The position numbers and the translations under genes were made by a program. Positions 35,723 through 48,428 of a DNA stretch of 64,000 nt are shown one piece after another (position 1 is the stretch's first letter; each line of letters starts with the position of its first letter). The notes under the pieces were generated by a model, which saw only the letters and a program-made list of their open reading frames with translations, was not told where the DNA came from and did no database searches. Location of the stretch: assembly GCA_043228905.1 (NCBI GenBank), contig JBHGNT010000008.1, positions 18,600,001-18,664,000 of the forward strand, written 5' to 3'. Source of the DNA: Azolla caroliniana (taxonomy: Eukaryota > Plantae > Polypodiophyta).

Positions 35723-36094
35723 CCCTCAATATGCATTCAATGCCATCATGTCCTAGGTTTATTTATTATTATTTTCATTTTTACAAGTACTTGTGTAATG
35801 TGCATGTATCCTCAAATTTTCACTTTTTCTCGCATTAAACACACCACATCACGACATCAAAAAGATGTCGCGAAGATGTGCGTGCGTGTGTTGCTCGAAC
35901 GGGACCACCGGGGTCTCTGACCAGGGAGGATGTTTACCAAGTAATCGAGAAACAATGTTACCCTTGACAACATCAAAAGATTGATGATTATAAGAAGTAC
36001 AATAAGAAGTATTGAAGATGAAAGAAGATGAACAATAGAAGTATAATTATAAGAAGAATTTTATATTGATGACGATGACGATGATGGTGATTAT

Positions 36095-36705
36095 TGTTAG
36101 GAAACAGGTCCCTCCGGATGGGAAGTCAGAAGAACAATACTGATGAGGAAACTCGGTCGAGGCCGAAACCGGATGTGGAGTACCCGGCTATGGAAGACCC
36201 GGTGAGAACCGGATGACAAGTACCCGGCTACAGAAGACCCAGTGAGAACCGGATGACAAGTACCCGGCTACGGAAGACCCGGTGAGAACCGGATGACAAG
36301 TACCCGGCTACGGAAGACCCGGTGAGAACCGGATGACAAGTACCCGGGCAAACTTAGAAAGTTGTTGTTGTCTTTCTTGTTGGCGCAAGATTAGAGCGCG
36401 TAACAGTGTACAGAGAGAGAGAGAGAGAGAAGAAGAGGTTGTTGCCTCTGTTGTAACCGCCGCCTGAGGCGAAGATAGCAAGCTCAAGGTCATTGCCTCG
36501 GTGCTCTACTATTGTACATTCTGATATAGTGATAGTTTGCAATCTGTGGGCTGTCGTGGTTTTTTCCCTAGTTTGGGTTTTCCACGTTAACATCCTGTGT
36601 ACTCTTCTCTTCACTGTGTCGTGCGTTCATTCCCGTTTTTCTGTGTTTGATTCTAAGCTTGGTTGTGGCCAAGCGTTGTTCATCGGGAGCGTGTAGTTCT
36701 TGACA
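36095..36705 (+). mobile_element. Solo LTR of a Copia family related to element I, containing a 40-bp tandem repeat
   Basis: TG...CA with 5-bp TSD attat; shares agctcaaggtc and gggttttccacgttaa motifs with the I LTR; about four copies of gtgagaaccggatgacaagtacccggctacggaagacccg at ~36170-36347. Confidence 0.9.
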
Positions 36706-37641
36706 ATTATCACCTATTGAGCCCCCCTTACTCAAACCCTCAATATGCATTCAATGCCATCATGTCCTAGGTTTGTTTATTATTATTTTCATTTTTGCAA
36801 GTACTTGTGTAATGTGCATGTATCCTCAAATTTTCACTTTTTCTCGCATTAAACACGCCACATCACGACAACGGCGTGAAGAAAGTTTTAGAATCCGCGA
36901 ACCTCGTAAACCGCTATAGCTACGACGAGTACATGGCGTATCACTACGCTTTTATGATGAAAGTAGCGTCAGTACGGGAACCGGAAACGCTTTCCGAAGC
37001 CGCAAAGGATCCGTTATGGGTCAACGGAATGAATGAGGAGATGGAAGCTTTATGCAAAAACGAGACATGGGATCTCGTTCCTCTCCCCCCGAACAAGAAA
37101 GCGATTGGCTACAGATGGATATACAAAGTAAAATACAATGCCGACGGATTCGTAAATCGCTTCGTGCTTACGGATTCGTAAATCGCTTCGAAGCACGACT
37201 CGTTGCGAAAGGCTATGCGCAAACGCACGGCATAGACTTCGAAGGAACCTTTGCCCGGTGGCAAAGATGACAACTGTACGGACAGTAATTGCACTCGCCG
37301 CAGTGAAGGGATGGCACCTCCACCAGATGGACGTGAAAAATGCTTTCCTTCAAGGAGAGTTAGAAGAAGAGGTGTACATGATACAACCACCCGGATTCGA
37401 ATTGCGTAAGCATCCACAAGCTGTATGCCAACTCAAGAAGCCACTCTATGGCCTCAAACAAGCACCGCGTGCTTGGCACTCGAAGATCACACAGTATCTT
37501 CACCAAGTCGGATTTCGGATGTCAAAATCTGACACCTCTCTGTACATCCGAAATGAGTCGGATAGCCTGATCATCATCATCCTGTACATGGATGATTTGG
37601 TCATGGGAAGGATCTCACCGGGATTAACAAAGTCAAATCTC

Positions 37642-37988
37642 AGTCGAACTATGTTTCCGGAAGGTTCTACCTTATTATTGATGAATACCCAAATGTTTCT
37701 TTACACGCATTTGATAGTGCCCATAATTTAGATTTTGTTTATGCATTTGCACAATTGAATATGACTAAAGATTCCTTGGGGCTTACCGGAGATGGAGGTA
37801 AAATATATAAAGTAAATTCATCCATGTCTGCAACTCTTCTTCGATCAGACCCTGACGAAAACCTGAGGATCTATGTCTGGAATACCTTGTTGTCCACATG
37901 GGAAAAGACATGGCAACTTATTGACGACAAATGCTTGATAGGAAGCCCTTGTGGCGCCTACGGCATTTGCAAGGAAAACATAGATGGG
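37642..37988 (+). pseudogene. Captured host gene fragment: S-locus glycoprotein/EGF-like region of a G-type lectin receptor-like protein
   Basis: Frame open from 37641 reads ...LLRSDPDENLRIYVWNTLLSTWEKTWQLIDDKCLIGSPCGAYGICKE, and it splits the Copia RT between INKVKS and LLVGEMKDL. Confidence 0.8.
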
Positions 37989-39295
37989 TCTCTTGGTTGG
38001 CGAAATGAAAGACTTACATGAGCTCCATTACTTCCTAGGTATTGAAGTAAATCGGACACCAGTCGGAATAATGATCTCTCAACGGCACTACATTCTCAAC
38101 TTACTCTACAAGTTCGGAATGACCAAGTGCAAGCCTGTGTCTACCCCTCTTGATTGTAATCTCAAGATCGATGCCAATTCCGGAACCGCTAAGAGCGAGC
38201 TGACTCAGTATCGACAATTGATCGGTAGTTTGATCTATTTGACCACTACACAACCCAACCTCAGTTATTCGGTCAGCCTACTTAGCCAGTTTATGCAGAA
38301 TCCGCGAAATCTTCATCTAGACTACGCTAAGAGGATACTTCAGTATGTCAGTACGACAATGGACTATGGCGTTATGTACAAGACCAATGTGATCATTCGA
38401 CTCGAAGGGTACACAGATGCGGACTAGGCAAGATATAAAGCAGACAGGCGATCCACATCCAAATTCGTCTTCTCTCTTGGTAGCGGAGCGATCTCCTGGA
38501 GTAGTAAGAAGCAGTCGACAGTCGCACTGTCGAGCACAGAAGTCGAATACAGGGGCGCAGCAGTCGCTGCATGCGAAGCCGTCTTCGTACTAAAGGATCT
38601 GGGCGTACCCATCAAGGATCCGATTCGCCTATACTGCGACAACATGAGCAGTATCTACCTGGCACGGAATCCCGTATTCCACGCGCGGACTAAGCATATC
38701 GAGGTCCACTACCACTTCATCCGCGAGCACGTACAGGTCGGAGAGATCGACCTACAACACATCAGTACACACCTCGAGGTTGCTGATATTTTCAAGAAAG
38801 CTCTAGGCGTCAACAAGCTCGGGCAATTTGCATCGGACCTTGGTCTCACGACATCTACATTGCCAAGCTTGAGGGGGAGTACGCAGCATACGTTGTCGCG
38901 TTGTTACGCGCGTGCATGGAGAAAGGCGGGACCATAGGGGTCTTGGACTAGGGAGTAATGGAGCGTGGAAAGTCGTGCTTCACCGTTCCAGGGGAATCCC
39001 AGAAGAACACAGGAAGCGACCGAAGGGAGAGAGAGAGAGAGAGAGAGAGAGAGCGCTTAACACCGACTCACGCACACGCACGCACACACACACACATGCC
39101 TACCCGACTCACGCCCTCATGTACAGGAAATGCAGGAAAAGGGGAAGCACCCGACACCAACAGAGACGCGAATATACACAGACAGACGCAAATGTATATA
39201 TATATAAACAAAAGAATACATTCCCGGCTTTGAGCCGTTCCAAGGTAGGTTACAGTAGTCGTCAGCTGCCAAGCCGCCGGTCGGGGAGCTCACGG

Positions 39296-42200
39296 TGTTA
39301 CGGGCATGACCATATAATATCCCGTGGTGAGAATTGTCGTAGTATTCTATACACGTGGATAAGTGTGAGGGTTAAACAAAGAGTCTAAAGAAGGGGAGGA
39401 TTACTTTTAATCCTCGGGATTGAGACAACCCATGGGGCCAAGTGTGAACATGGCTGGGGGCCTTGAGAATTACTATAAATAAGAGGCCTAGCTACCCTCA
39501 TTTGGGGCATGCATTGACTACGTCGAGACTCTGTCCGTGAGTGGAACGACTCTTGTAGCAAGCGCGCTATCGTCCAGGTACGACTCGACGCCAAGGCGGT
39601 GGTATGGGACGCCGATCGAGGCTCGAGTCCGTCTCGATCCCTTCGCTCGGGGGTGGTCGGGTGGATCAGCACCCTTCTTTCTCTCTTTTCTCTCTATTCT
39701 TTCTAGATCTATCATTGATATATCCTTATTTTATGCTTACTTTAGTACCTAATCTCTAATATTTGGTATCAGAGCCTATGTACTAACGTTTCTTTTGGTT
39801 TTCTTTTTGTCTTCGCGTGGGATGGCGATTGATCGTTGTGCGGTCGCCTTCATGCAGACAAGGATTAGCGAAAGAACTTCGGTAAATTTTCCTTAATTTT
39901 TTATCTAATTTTTCTTCTCCCTTCTATACATGTGTATACTTAATATGTAGTTTTTTTTCATATATTCAATGATGTTGACGTGGTATTTAATTGGTTATCT
40001 TAAACGTTTACATATGTCCACGAGGTCAATACCTCGTTTGACATATAAATCATATGTGATGAGTGTCGTATGCGTACGAGGTTATTACCTCAATTGCGTA
40101 TTACGTTCACGAACATATGTTACGTTCGCGTACGAGGTCAATACCTCGCTTCGTTCGAAATGATATGCGTTGGATTTACTATGCGTAAGAGGTCAATACC
40201 TCAATTGCGAATTACGCTTAACCTTATTTTCGGATGTTTCGTGTGCGTAGAGGTATATGCCTCGATTACGTATCCCGAATACATCATTGTTGGCTATATA
40301 AAAAAAACGATTCATTTAGTATACGCATATGTGGTCACTTATATACGTCTCTGATCGTATATATGTGATATATTGACATATGTGTATATTTTAGATTACG
40401 TGATTCATATCAAATGTTTTCCTAATTGGGGAGAGGATTTTGGTGGCCGTCCTCACATTTTTGTGAGAATGGCGTTGTCACCATCCCTTTTATCAACAAT
40501 TTTTATTGTTGAAATTCCCGTTGGTCACTTTGATCTTTCGTTACGTAACGAACCTCGTATAGCCAAAATGATGTTGAATACGTCGGGCTTGATCCACATC
40601 AAGTAGGGTCGCTCTAATGACACACGTATCCAACATCTCCCCTCGTTACATGGATACGATGCCACCATGAGCTCGTTCTTACGAGCGCCATTCGTAATGA
40701 CGTGACCATGTGATGGGCCACATGAGCCTACGAAGACACAAGGGCTCATTCGGCTTGACCATTAGGTTACACTTTGGCATATGCCATTGTACTTACGAGG
40801 CTTGAGGGTAGGTAGCGTACAACCATAGTGGGTAATAAATGAGGGAGAAATAAGGCCACTTGACCTATATGTTTCTTTTAAAAAAAACATATAGGGGCAA
40901 ATGCCTCGCATATCTCGAATACACCTCAAACATTAAACATTCAAGACGCGCAATCTACTTGGTTGGCTCAAGTGTTTAATGTATTTGTCCTCGAGGTCTC
41001 GAGTTCAAATATGACCAACACCATACAACATCGTTGATACATATGACTATAATACATGTTTAGACTTTAGGTCTAAGTGCACTTCGGGGTCCTCGTAATA
41101 GGACTTAAAGAGCCGAAACCACATATGTGGGCACAGAAACATAGTTATTGTTAACATTTTTTTTCGTGTATAAACTATTCATGACGCGAACATACATGGT
41201 TGAGCCTCGGGGAGCCGCCATGAAAAAAATCGATATAGAGATCAGGGAAAGGCATTCATTTGTCACCCCCATGGTTTTTAAAACACCTCAGTGTTACCAT
41301 AGTAACCTGATCTTGAACCTCATCTCATACGTCTAGAGGGGTATTGACGTGAGATCATGATATCGATTAATGTTTGCCCATGATATGTTTACACCACGAC
41401 AAGATGTTATGACTATTTGTCTGACCTTATCTTATTTCTTTGCCAGAAATAATCATTCAATGGCTCAGAATAATGACCCGATGCCCTCCGCTCAAGCGGA
41501 AAGACCTCAAGGAAATCCTCCTGGGACAATGTCCATTGAGGCGTATATTTTACAAGTACAACATTTCCTTAGTTCAACCGCGCAGCAGTTGACCGAATTT
41601 CGGCAATCTCAAAGTGCTCTCGAGGCACGAGTCATTAGTCTCCAAAATGAGATTAATAGACCTGATGAGCGTCAGGGTGAACCATCATTTGTCGTAAAGC
41701 CATTTACGGGAGATAAAAAGGAAAGAACCGAAGAAGCAATCTGCACGTGGCTGGGCCGATGGGAGTCTCATTTTGAGCTCTATCCCACGCCAGATAGTAC
41801 GAAGATTGCATATGTCGGCCGAGAACTAGGGGGTAAGGCCGCCGCTTGGTGGCGTGGGCTCCGAACTTTGGGGAGATTGCCCGAGACCTGGACAGACTTT
41901 GTCACAGTTTTCAAGGGTCAATTTCTACAACCTCCCTCTCGAACCGAGGCAGCACAAGCTTTAATGAACCTCTCTAGCAGGAAATTTTCCTCGCTAGAAG
42001 ACTATGTCCACCATGCTAGAACCCAAATCCAAAAATCGGGTCTAGAAGGGGACAATTGGTTAATAGCTTGTTTTGTCAATGGCATCCCCAATTCGGACTA
42101 TCACTGGATAGTGCACGATAAGGATCCAAAATCCTTCGAAGAGGCCGTTGAGATAGTTCTTCGCTATCAACGCACTTCGAAGAAGGACCATAACAAACCC

Positions 42201-45200
42201 AACGAAGCGCCCGGGACTAAGCAGTCGCAATTCGTTGGGAAACGCAAGACACCCAACGAATTCATGGATCGCGATTATAAGCGACAACATCCTTTTTGCG
42301 TATTCTGCAAAAAGAAGGTTCATACAAAAGAGCAATGTCGTAAGCTCCAACGAAAAGAGCACGACGCCAAACCTAAAGCTACAGATCATAAAGGTCAGAT
42401 TCCTAATGTCCTTCAGGTCTATACACATCATTTGAGTAATTGTCAATGTTCTTTCCCTCATTATGTATTGGGTCCCAATGATTTACTACGTGCAAACGGG
42501 TATATCAATGGATCTCCCGTACAATTTTTATTTGATTCGGGAAGCTCACACAATTTTGTGAATGATCGTTTGGTACAGATATGGGGAATCCAACCCACCG
42601 TAAGTGATCACACCTACACGGTGCACTTGGCTGATGGAAGAGTACAACACATCAACGGGGCGATTCATTCTTTAGGAATTTCTATTGATACCTATATAGA
42701 GGAAGTAGACTTCCATGTAATGAATCTTAGTACCACCGATGTAATACTGGGTTATCCCTGGTTTTATAATAAAAGCTCTTCTTTATTTATTGATTGGGTT
42801 CGCCATTCCATTTCTTTTGTACTCAACGATTGTACGCATTTTATTCAATGTGTAACAAAACAATCCCTCTCGATTGTTTCCTCGTGTCCATCAATATCCG
42901 AGTTGTCTTGTTCTACGTTATTTTATTGTGTACTTGATCCGGACATTCACGTTTACAATATCGATAATGTCTCGGGTCAATTAACATATTTTGAACAAAA
43001 ACAACTTGATGAAATCGTAAACGATTTTCGTGATGTTTTTCCGAGTGAACTACCCGATGGTTTACCTCCTAAACGTAATATAGACCATCGTATAGATATT
43101 GTACCTGGCATTGCACCCATTAGTATACCTCCGTATCGCCTAAGTCGATCTGAAGAGGATGAGGTAGCTAAGCAACTTAAGGACTATTTACGAATGGGTT
43201 ATATACGTTATAGTAAATCTCCATGGGGTGCACCAGTTCTCTTGGTTAAAAAGAAAGAGGGCACATGGCGTATGTGTATTAATTACCGACGCTTGAATAA
43301 AGTGACGATCAAGAATTCGTACCCATTGCCCCGGGCTGACGATCTAATTGACCGTCTCCAGGGAGCTCGGTATTTTACGAAACTTGATCTCCGTACTGGC
43401 TACCATCAAATACGAATAAGTGAGGACGATGTTCCTAAAACAGCATTTCGTACGCGCTACGGCCATTATGAGTTTTTGGTTATGCCTTTTGGTTTGACCA
43501 ATGCTCCGGCTACATTTCAACAAGAAATGAATGACATTTTCCGAGAACAACTTGGAAAATTTGTCGTTATCTTCTTAGATGATATTTTAGTTTATAGCCG
43601 TACATTACAAGAACATGCTAGACATGTCCGCTTTGTTTTACAAATATTGCGTGACAAACAATTTTACGCGAAGATCTCAAAATGTGAGTTCTTCAAGAAA
43701 TCAATTACTTATCTTGGACATCTCATAACCGAACGAGGAGTTGAAATTGATCCTTCTCGCATCGAGAAAATCAAGCTTTGGCCCACTCTTCGGAATATTC
43801 GAGAAGTTCGATCATTCCTTGGTTTTGTCGGATTTTTGCGAAAATCTCTTCGTAATTACTCACAATTGACGACGCCGTTTACTGATCTTCTAAAAGGTCA
43901 AACGCGTAAGTCTACAAAACCTATTGTGTGGAATGCTACACTAGACCTCGCCTTTAAGGAACTCAAGGACTTGGTATGCAAGGCTCCTTCACTTCTTTTA
44001 CCCGATCCTTCAAAACCTTTTGAGGTTGAAACCGACGCAAGCGATTATGCTATAGGTGCTGTCTTGTATCAAGATGGTAAACCAATAGCATTCGAGAGTA
44101 AGAAACTTGATTCTGCTCAATGTCGGTATACCGTTCAAGAAAAGGAATTATTTGCGGTTATACATGCGCTCAAAACATGGCGCCATTATCTTTATGGAAA
44201 TCGCTTTGTGGTAACTACGGACCACGAGTCCTTGAAATATTTTTGTGACCAACAAGACCTGAAAGGTCGTAAGGCACGATGGGCTGATCTCATCCAGGAC
44301 TTTGATTTTTCCATACGATATCGTAAAGGTTCCATGAATACTGTCGCTGATGCACTAAGTCGCATCCGTGAAGTTAACATGCTTAGCTTCACTGAAATAA
44401 CATCAGATCTTTATGATCACCTTCGAGGAAAGTATCCTGATGACAATTATTTTGCAAAATACTGGGCAAGAGTCGAGTCTGGAACAAACACCACCACACC
44501 CTCGAAGGAATACTTCCACATTGCTAACGGTCTGCTCTACCGTAATGGGAAGGTTTGTGTTCCAGATTTACCTGAGGTCAAAAAGAGAATTCTTTTTGAA
44601 TGCCATGATGCACCCTCAGCAGGGCACCCTGGAATACATCGTACACTCGTTCTCATCTCCACTCAATTTTATTGGCCTAAGATGCGTCCTGACATACATA
44701 GCTATGTGACTAAATGTCACCAATGTCAGGTTAACAAAGCCGAGCGACTTAAAGCCGCAGGACTTTTACATCCTTTGGACATTCCCAATAATAAGTGGGA
44801 AAGTATATCCATGGATTTTATTGTTAGCCTTCCTCGCACCCAAAAAGGTCATGATGCCATATGGGTTGTGGTTGACAGACTAACTAAAATGGCCAGATTT
44901 ATTGCTACTAAAACCACGGTAACAGCTCCTGAATTGGCTTACCAATTCGTTGATGAGTTATTTCGTTTTTACGGGTTACCGATGGATATCGTGAGTGACC
45001 GAGATCCGAAGTTTACTAGTGACTTCTGGACGCAAGTCTTTAAGAAGTTAGAAACCACGTTGAGCATGAGCTCCACGGATCATCCTCAATCCGATGGACA
45101 GACAGAACGAGTAAATCAAATTATTGAGGACATGCTTCGAGCATACGTTGGTGCAAAACCAACAAAATGGGAACGTTACCTCCCAATTTTGGAGTTTGCT

Positions 45201-46345
45201 TATAACAGCTCCAAGCATACGTCGACGGGATATAGTCCTTTTATGTTGATGTATGGATTTCAGCCACGAGCCCCGATTGATGTTAATATACATCATGATG
45301 AGTTGCGAAGTACGCAAAACTTTCTTCGGGATATGCAAGATATGTTGCATATTGCACGGGATAATATAAAAACAGCTCAAGATAGAGCGCGTTTTTATGC
45401 CGATCATCACAGGCAACCTCGTGTATTCAGCCCTGGACAAAAGGTATTTTTACGTGTACCTCACAATTCTAAGACATTGTCTACGGGTAAGTGCGCTAAG
45501 TTAGCCCCACGGTTTTGTGGACCTTTTATAGTCCTCAAACGCATTGGATCATCAGCCTATCGTCTCGCTCTTCCCGATGGTGTTGGAATCCATCCAGTCT
45601 TTCATGTAAGTCGTCTAAAAGAACTTCTAAGTTCTGGCGACAATACAGTTACAACTAAAACTCTGGTTACTTCTGAAGATTTATCTTCTAAACCACATGT
45701 ACCAGAAAGAATTCTCGATGTTAAAACAAAAAAATTACGTGCTAAGGAAATCCGAGAATTTAAAATAAAATGGATGGATAAATCAATCAAAGATGCCACA
45801 TGGGAACGCGAAACGACTCTAAGAACTAACTTCCCTAACTTTCCATTGCAAGAGTGCAATGTTTTAAAGAGGGGAAGTATGTTACGGGCATGACCATATA
45901 ATATCCCGTGGTGAGAATTGTCGTAGTATTCTATACACGTGGATAAGTGTGAGGGTTAAACAAAGAGTCTAAAGAAGGGGAGGATTACTTTTAATCCTCG
46001 GGATTGAGACAACCCATGAGGCCAAGTGTGAACATGGCTGGGGGCCTTGAGAATTACTATAAATAAGAGGCCTAGCTACCCTCATTTGGGGCATGCATTG
46101 ACTACGTCGAGACTCTGTCCATGAGTGGAACGACTCTTGTAGCAAGCGCGCTATCGTCCAGGTACGACTCGACGCCAAGGCGGTGGTATGGGACGCCGAT
46201 CGAGGCTCGAGTCCGTCTCGATCCCTTCGCTCGGGGGTGGTCGGGTGGATCAGCACCCTTCTTTCTCTCTTTTCTCTCTATTCTTTCTAGATCTATCATT
46301 GATATATCCTTATTTTATGCTTACTTTAGTACCTAATCTCTAATA
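39296..46345 (+). mobile_element. Element K: intact young chromovirus (Reina/Tekay/Galadriel-like) inserted in the LTR of J
   Basis: 466-bp LTRs 39296..39761 and 45880..46345 (two G/A differences seen), TSD cacgg (single copy in the other J LTR), Met PBS 39764-39776, PPT aaagaggggaag. Confidence 0.96.
41460..45893 (+). CDS. Chromovirus gag-pol polyprotein with C-terminal chromodomain
   Basis: Within ORF 41370..45893: [48 protein letters not shown] integrase, PERILDVK...IKW...ATWE. The stop lies 14 nt inside the 3' LTR. Start chosen at MAQNNDP. Confidence 0.93.
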   Translation: MAQNNDPMPSAQAERPQGNPPGTMSIEAYILQVQHFLSSTAQQLTEFRQSQSALEARVISLQNEINRPDERQGEPSFVVKPFTGDKKERTEEAICTWLGRWESHFELYPTPDSTKIAYVGRELGGKAAAWWRGLRTLGRLPETWTDFVTVFKGQFLQPPSRTEAAQALMNLSSRKFSSLEDYVHHARTQIQKSGLEGDNWLIACFVNGIPNSDYHWIVHDKDPKSFEEAVEIVLRYQRTSKKDHNKPNEAPGTKQSQFVGKRKTPNEFMDRDYKRQHPFCVFCKKKVHTKEQCRKLQRKEHDAKPKATDHKGQIPNVLQVYTHHLSNCQCSFPHYVLGPNDLLRANGYINGSPVQFLFDSGSSHNFVNDRLVQIWGIQPTVSDHTYTVHLADGRVQHINGAIHSLGISIDTYIEEVDFHVMNLSTTDVILGYPWFYNKSSSLFIDWVRHSISFVLNDCTHFIQCVTKQSLSIVSSCPSISELSCSTLFYCVLDPDIHVYNIDNVSGQLTYFEQKQLDEIVNDFRDVFPSELPDGLPPKRNIDHRIDIVPGIAPISIPPYRLSRSEEDEVAKQLKDYLRMGYIRYSKSPWGAPVLLVKKKEGTWRMCINYRRLNKVTIKNSYPLPRADDLIDRLQGARYFTKLDLRTGYHQIRISEDDVPKTAFRTRYGHYEFLVMPFGLTNAPATFQQEMNDIFREQLGKFVVIFLDDILVYSRTLQEHARHVRFVLQILRDKQFYAKISKCEFFKKSITYLGHLITERGVEIDPSRIEKIKLWPTLRNIREVRSFLGFVGFLRKSLRNYSQLTTPFTDLLKGQTRKSTKPIVWNATLDLAFKELKDLVCKAPSLLLPDPSKPFEVETDASDYAIGAVLYQDGKPIAFESKKLDSAQCRYTVQEKELFAVIHALKTWRHYLYGNRFVVTTDHESLKYFCDQQDLKGRKARWADLIQDFDFSIRYRKGSMNTVADALSRIREVNMLSFTEITSDLYDHLRGKYPDDNYFAKYWARVESGTNTTTPSKEYFHIANGLLYRNGKVCVPDLPEVKKRILFECHDAPSAGHPGIHRTLVLISTQFYWPKMRPDIHSYVTKCHQCQVNKAERLKAAGLLHPLDIPNNKWESISMDFIVSLPRTQKGHDAIWVVVDRLTKMARFIATKTTVTAPELAYQFVDELFRFYGLPMDIVSDRDPKFTSDFWTQVFKKLETTLSMSSTDHPQSDGQTERVNQIIEDMLRAYVGAKPTKWERYLPILEFAYNSSKHTSTGYSPFMLMYGFQPRAPIDVNIHHDELRSTQNFLRDMQDMLHIARDNIKTAQDRARFYADHHRQPRVFSPGQKVFLRVPHNSKTLSTGKCAKLAPRFCGPFIVLKRIGSSAYRLALPDGVGIHPVFHVSRLKELLSSGDNTVTTKTLVTSEDLSSKPHVPERILDVKTKKLRAKEIREFKIKWMDKSIKDATWERETTLRTNFPNFPLQECNVLKRGSMLRA

Positions 46346-47754
46346 CACGGGCTCGTCGCGCCGAGCGGGGTCTTGCGCAGGAGATGAGCTGAAGCAAACC
46401 CTAAGCGAACACGAAGGAGAAGAAGAAGAAGAAGAAACTAACTCTAAACCTAACGGTATACCCTCTAATGCAAAATGGGCAACCCTTTCACAAAGGGCGT
46501 TCCCTTCCTTTTATAGAACAAGGAAAGGGATGTGTTTCAATGTGGGACAAATCCCAACTTACATGGGATCGTCTGCCCCGACTTGACTACTCTTCGGCGC
46601 CATAAAGGCGCCCTCGATATTCACACTAAATGTACATGGGTGCGTACACACGCTGCACCCCGCCGATGTAGCCAATGTTTCCCGGTTTCCGCCTCTGGCC
46701 GAAATTCTTCACGACATCCGCCCCCACCTAACTGCACGTCCACTGGTACGTGCCAAATCTGGTTGAAGGGTGAGAGATTTCGACCGGCGAGAAACCGGTC
46801 TTCCGTGATCCGCATCCCGGCTCGCTGCCGGTTCGATCCGTCGGCTTCGATTCTTCCTCTGCGCTTGCCTCCCCGTAGGCTCGTTCGACCCGTCGATGGG
46901 TCCTCTGCCGCGATCCCCATAGTATGCGTACTTCCGCTGGCCCTTGTTCGGCCGTATGAACGCCTCGCTTCCCGTCGTATGCCCGATGTCCTCCGTTTGA
47001 GGAACGCCCGTAGCGGCCCGCTTGGCCTCCGTTGATCATTCGCGTCGTCTTGATTGCCGTCCCATGTCGTTTCGCGTTGCCCTCGTCCTCTCGCCGCCAC
47101 CTTCCTTCTCCATGGTCTTACATCGCCGCGTCGGCTCGAACAGCCATGGTCTCCAGAACGGTGTGGAGGATCCCTTTCCGGCCTTCTCCGCGCTCGCCTT
47201 TCCGCTCCGGCACCTCCGTGTACCACATACCCTCGTCCGTTGTTTGGCACCGCCTGTGCCGTACTCCGGTTCATTGCACGCCTTGTCGGCCCCCTTCCCG
47301 GCCAGATCACGCACCGCCACTCACCCGCATACCGGTGTCCTTTGCATCCGAGGAACACCCCGTAGTAGCCCGCTTGGCCCTTCCCGTCTTCGTGCTGCTA
47401 CAATAGGTCCTGAGTCTTCCGCTTGCCGTCGTCCCCTCGCCCCACCTGCTTGTCACCCCGGGCTTGCCGTGTCAGTCTTCGCTACTTCGACGTAGCTGCC
47501 GAGACCTACGAAGCGAGTGTGGAGGATCCTCCTACGGCCTCTCTTGCCATCCCTTGACTCCGACCCTGTGCAGTCCACTAGGCACTTGTCACCTTGTCCC
47601 CGGCACCTTTCTTGTGCCGTCTTCCGCTTCCTTTGTTCGGCCCTTCCCGCGCCAAACACCGTCTCGTAGTCACGCTTCGATCCGGCCCGCGATGGCCACT
47701 TGCGAGACTCTTGTTCTGTCCAAGGTGTGCCTTTCCGGCCTGACACACCTCCCC

Positions 47755-48428
47755 GTGTTTTCCGCGTAGCCGGGTCCCGTTTCCCGCCGCCACCTTCCTT
47801 CTCCCTCGGTCTTACGTTGCCACGTTGGCCGAACAGCCAGGGTCTCCGGTTCGGTGTGGGGATCCCGTAGGACCGGACTCCGTTTCTATGCTTGCCGAAA
47901 TTCGGGTGTCTTTTGTTTGAGTCCCTCCCGGACTCTCCTCGTGTCTTCCGCGTAGTCGGGTCCCGTTTCCCGCCGCCACCTTCCTTCTCCCTCAGTCTTA
48001 CATTGCCACGTTGGCCGAACAGTCGGGGTCTCCGGTTTGGTGTGGGGATCCCGTAGGACCGGACTTCCTTACACCCATAGCCTTCGTCACCTCGCCGCCA
48101 CCGTCAGTATCTTGGTCTTACGTCGACCGCATTGCCGACTGCCGAAGTCTCTAGAACCGGTGTGAAGGATCCTCCGTAGGCCACCCATCCATAGCCTTTG
48201 CCCTCGTCACCTCGCCGCCACCGTCAGTATCTTGGTCTTACGTCGACCGCATTGCCGACTGCCGAAGTCTCTAGAACCGGTGTGAAGGATCCTCCGTAGG
48301 CCGCCGATCCGTAGCCCTTGCCTTCGTCACCTCGCCGCCACCGTCAGTATCTTGGTCTTACGTCGACCGCGTTGCCGACTGCCGAAGTCTCTAGAACCGG
48401 TGTGAAGGATCCTCCGTAGGCCGCCGAT
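47755..48428. repeat. Internal tandem repeats of J: two ~185-bp-spaced copies, then three 120-bp copies
   Basis: tcgtcacctcgccgccaccgtcagtatc recurs at 48084, 48204 and 48324; ttccgcgtagYcgggtcccg recurs at ~47760 and ~47945. Confidence 0.9.

Larger units (their letters stand above)
35264..36870 (-). mobile_element. Element L: two LTRs (35264..35856, 35866..36870) separated by only 9 bp
   Basis: TGTC(A/G)CGAAG...TCACGACA termini like B and J, 4-bp TSD acgg (35260-63 and 36871-74), spacer tcaaaaaga. Confidence 0.88.

Noticed and set aside
36138-36180. Hammerhead-like ctgatga...gaaa in the solo LTR
   Set aside because: I could not build stems I and III with an NUH cleavage site.
40010-40285. 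CRISPR-like periodic palindromic repeats
   Set aside because: Eukaryotic retrotransposon leader, conserved core only 14 bp, intervening sequences related to each other and self-pairing, and no cas genes. Reported as an RNA hairpin array instead.
46396-46404. Telomere-like aaaccctaa in the J LTRs
   Set aside because: A single telo-box-sized motif, common in plant promoters and LTRs; not an interstitial telomere array.
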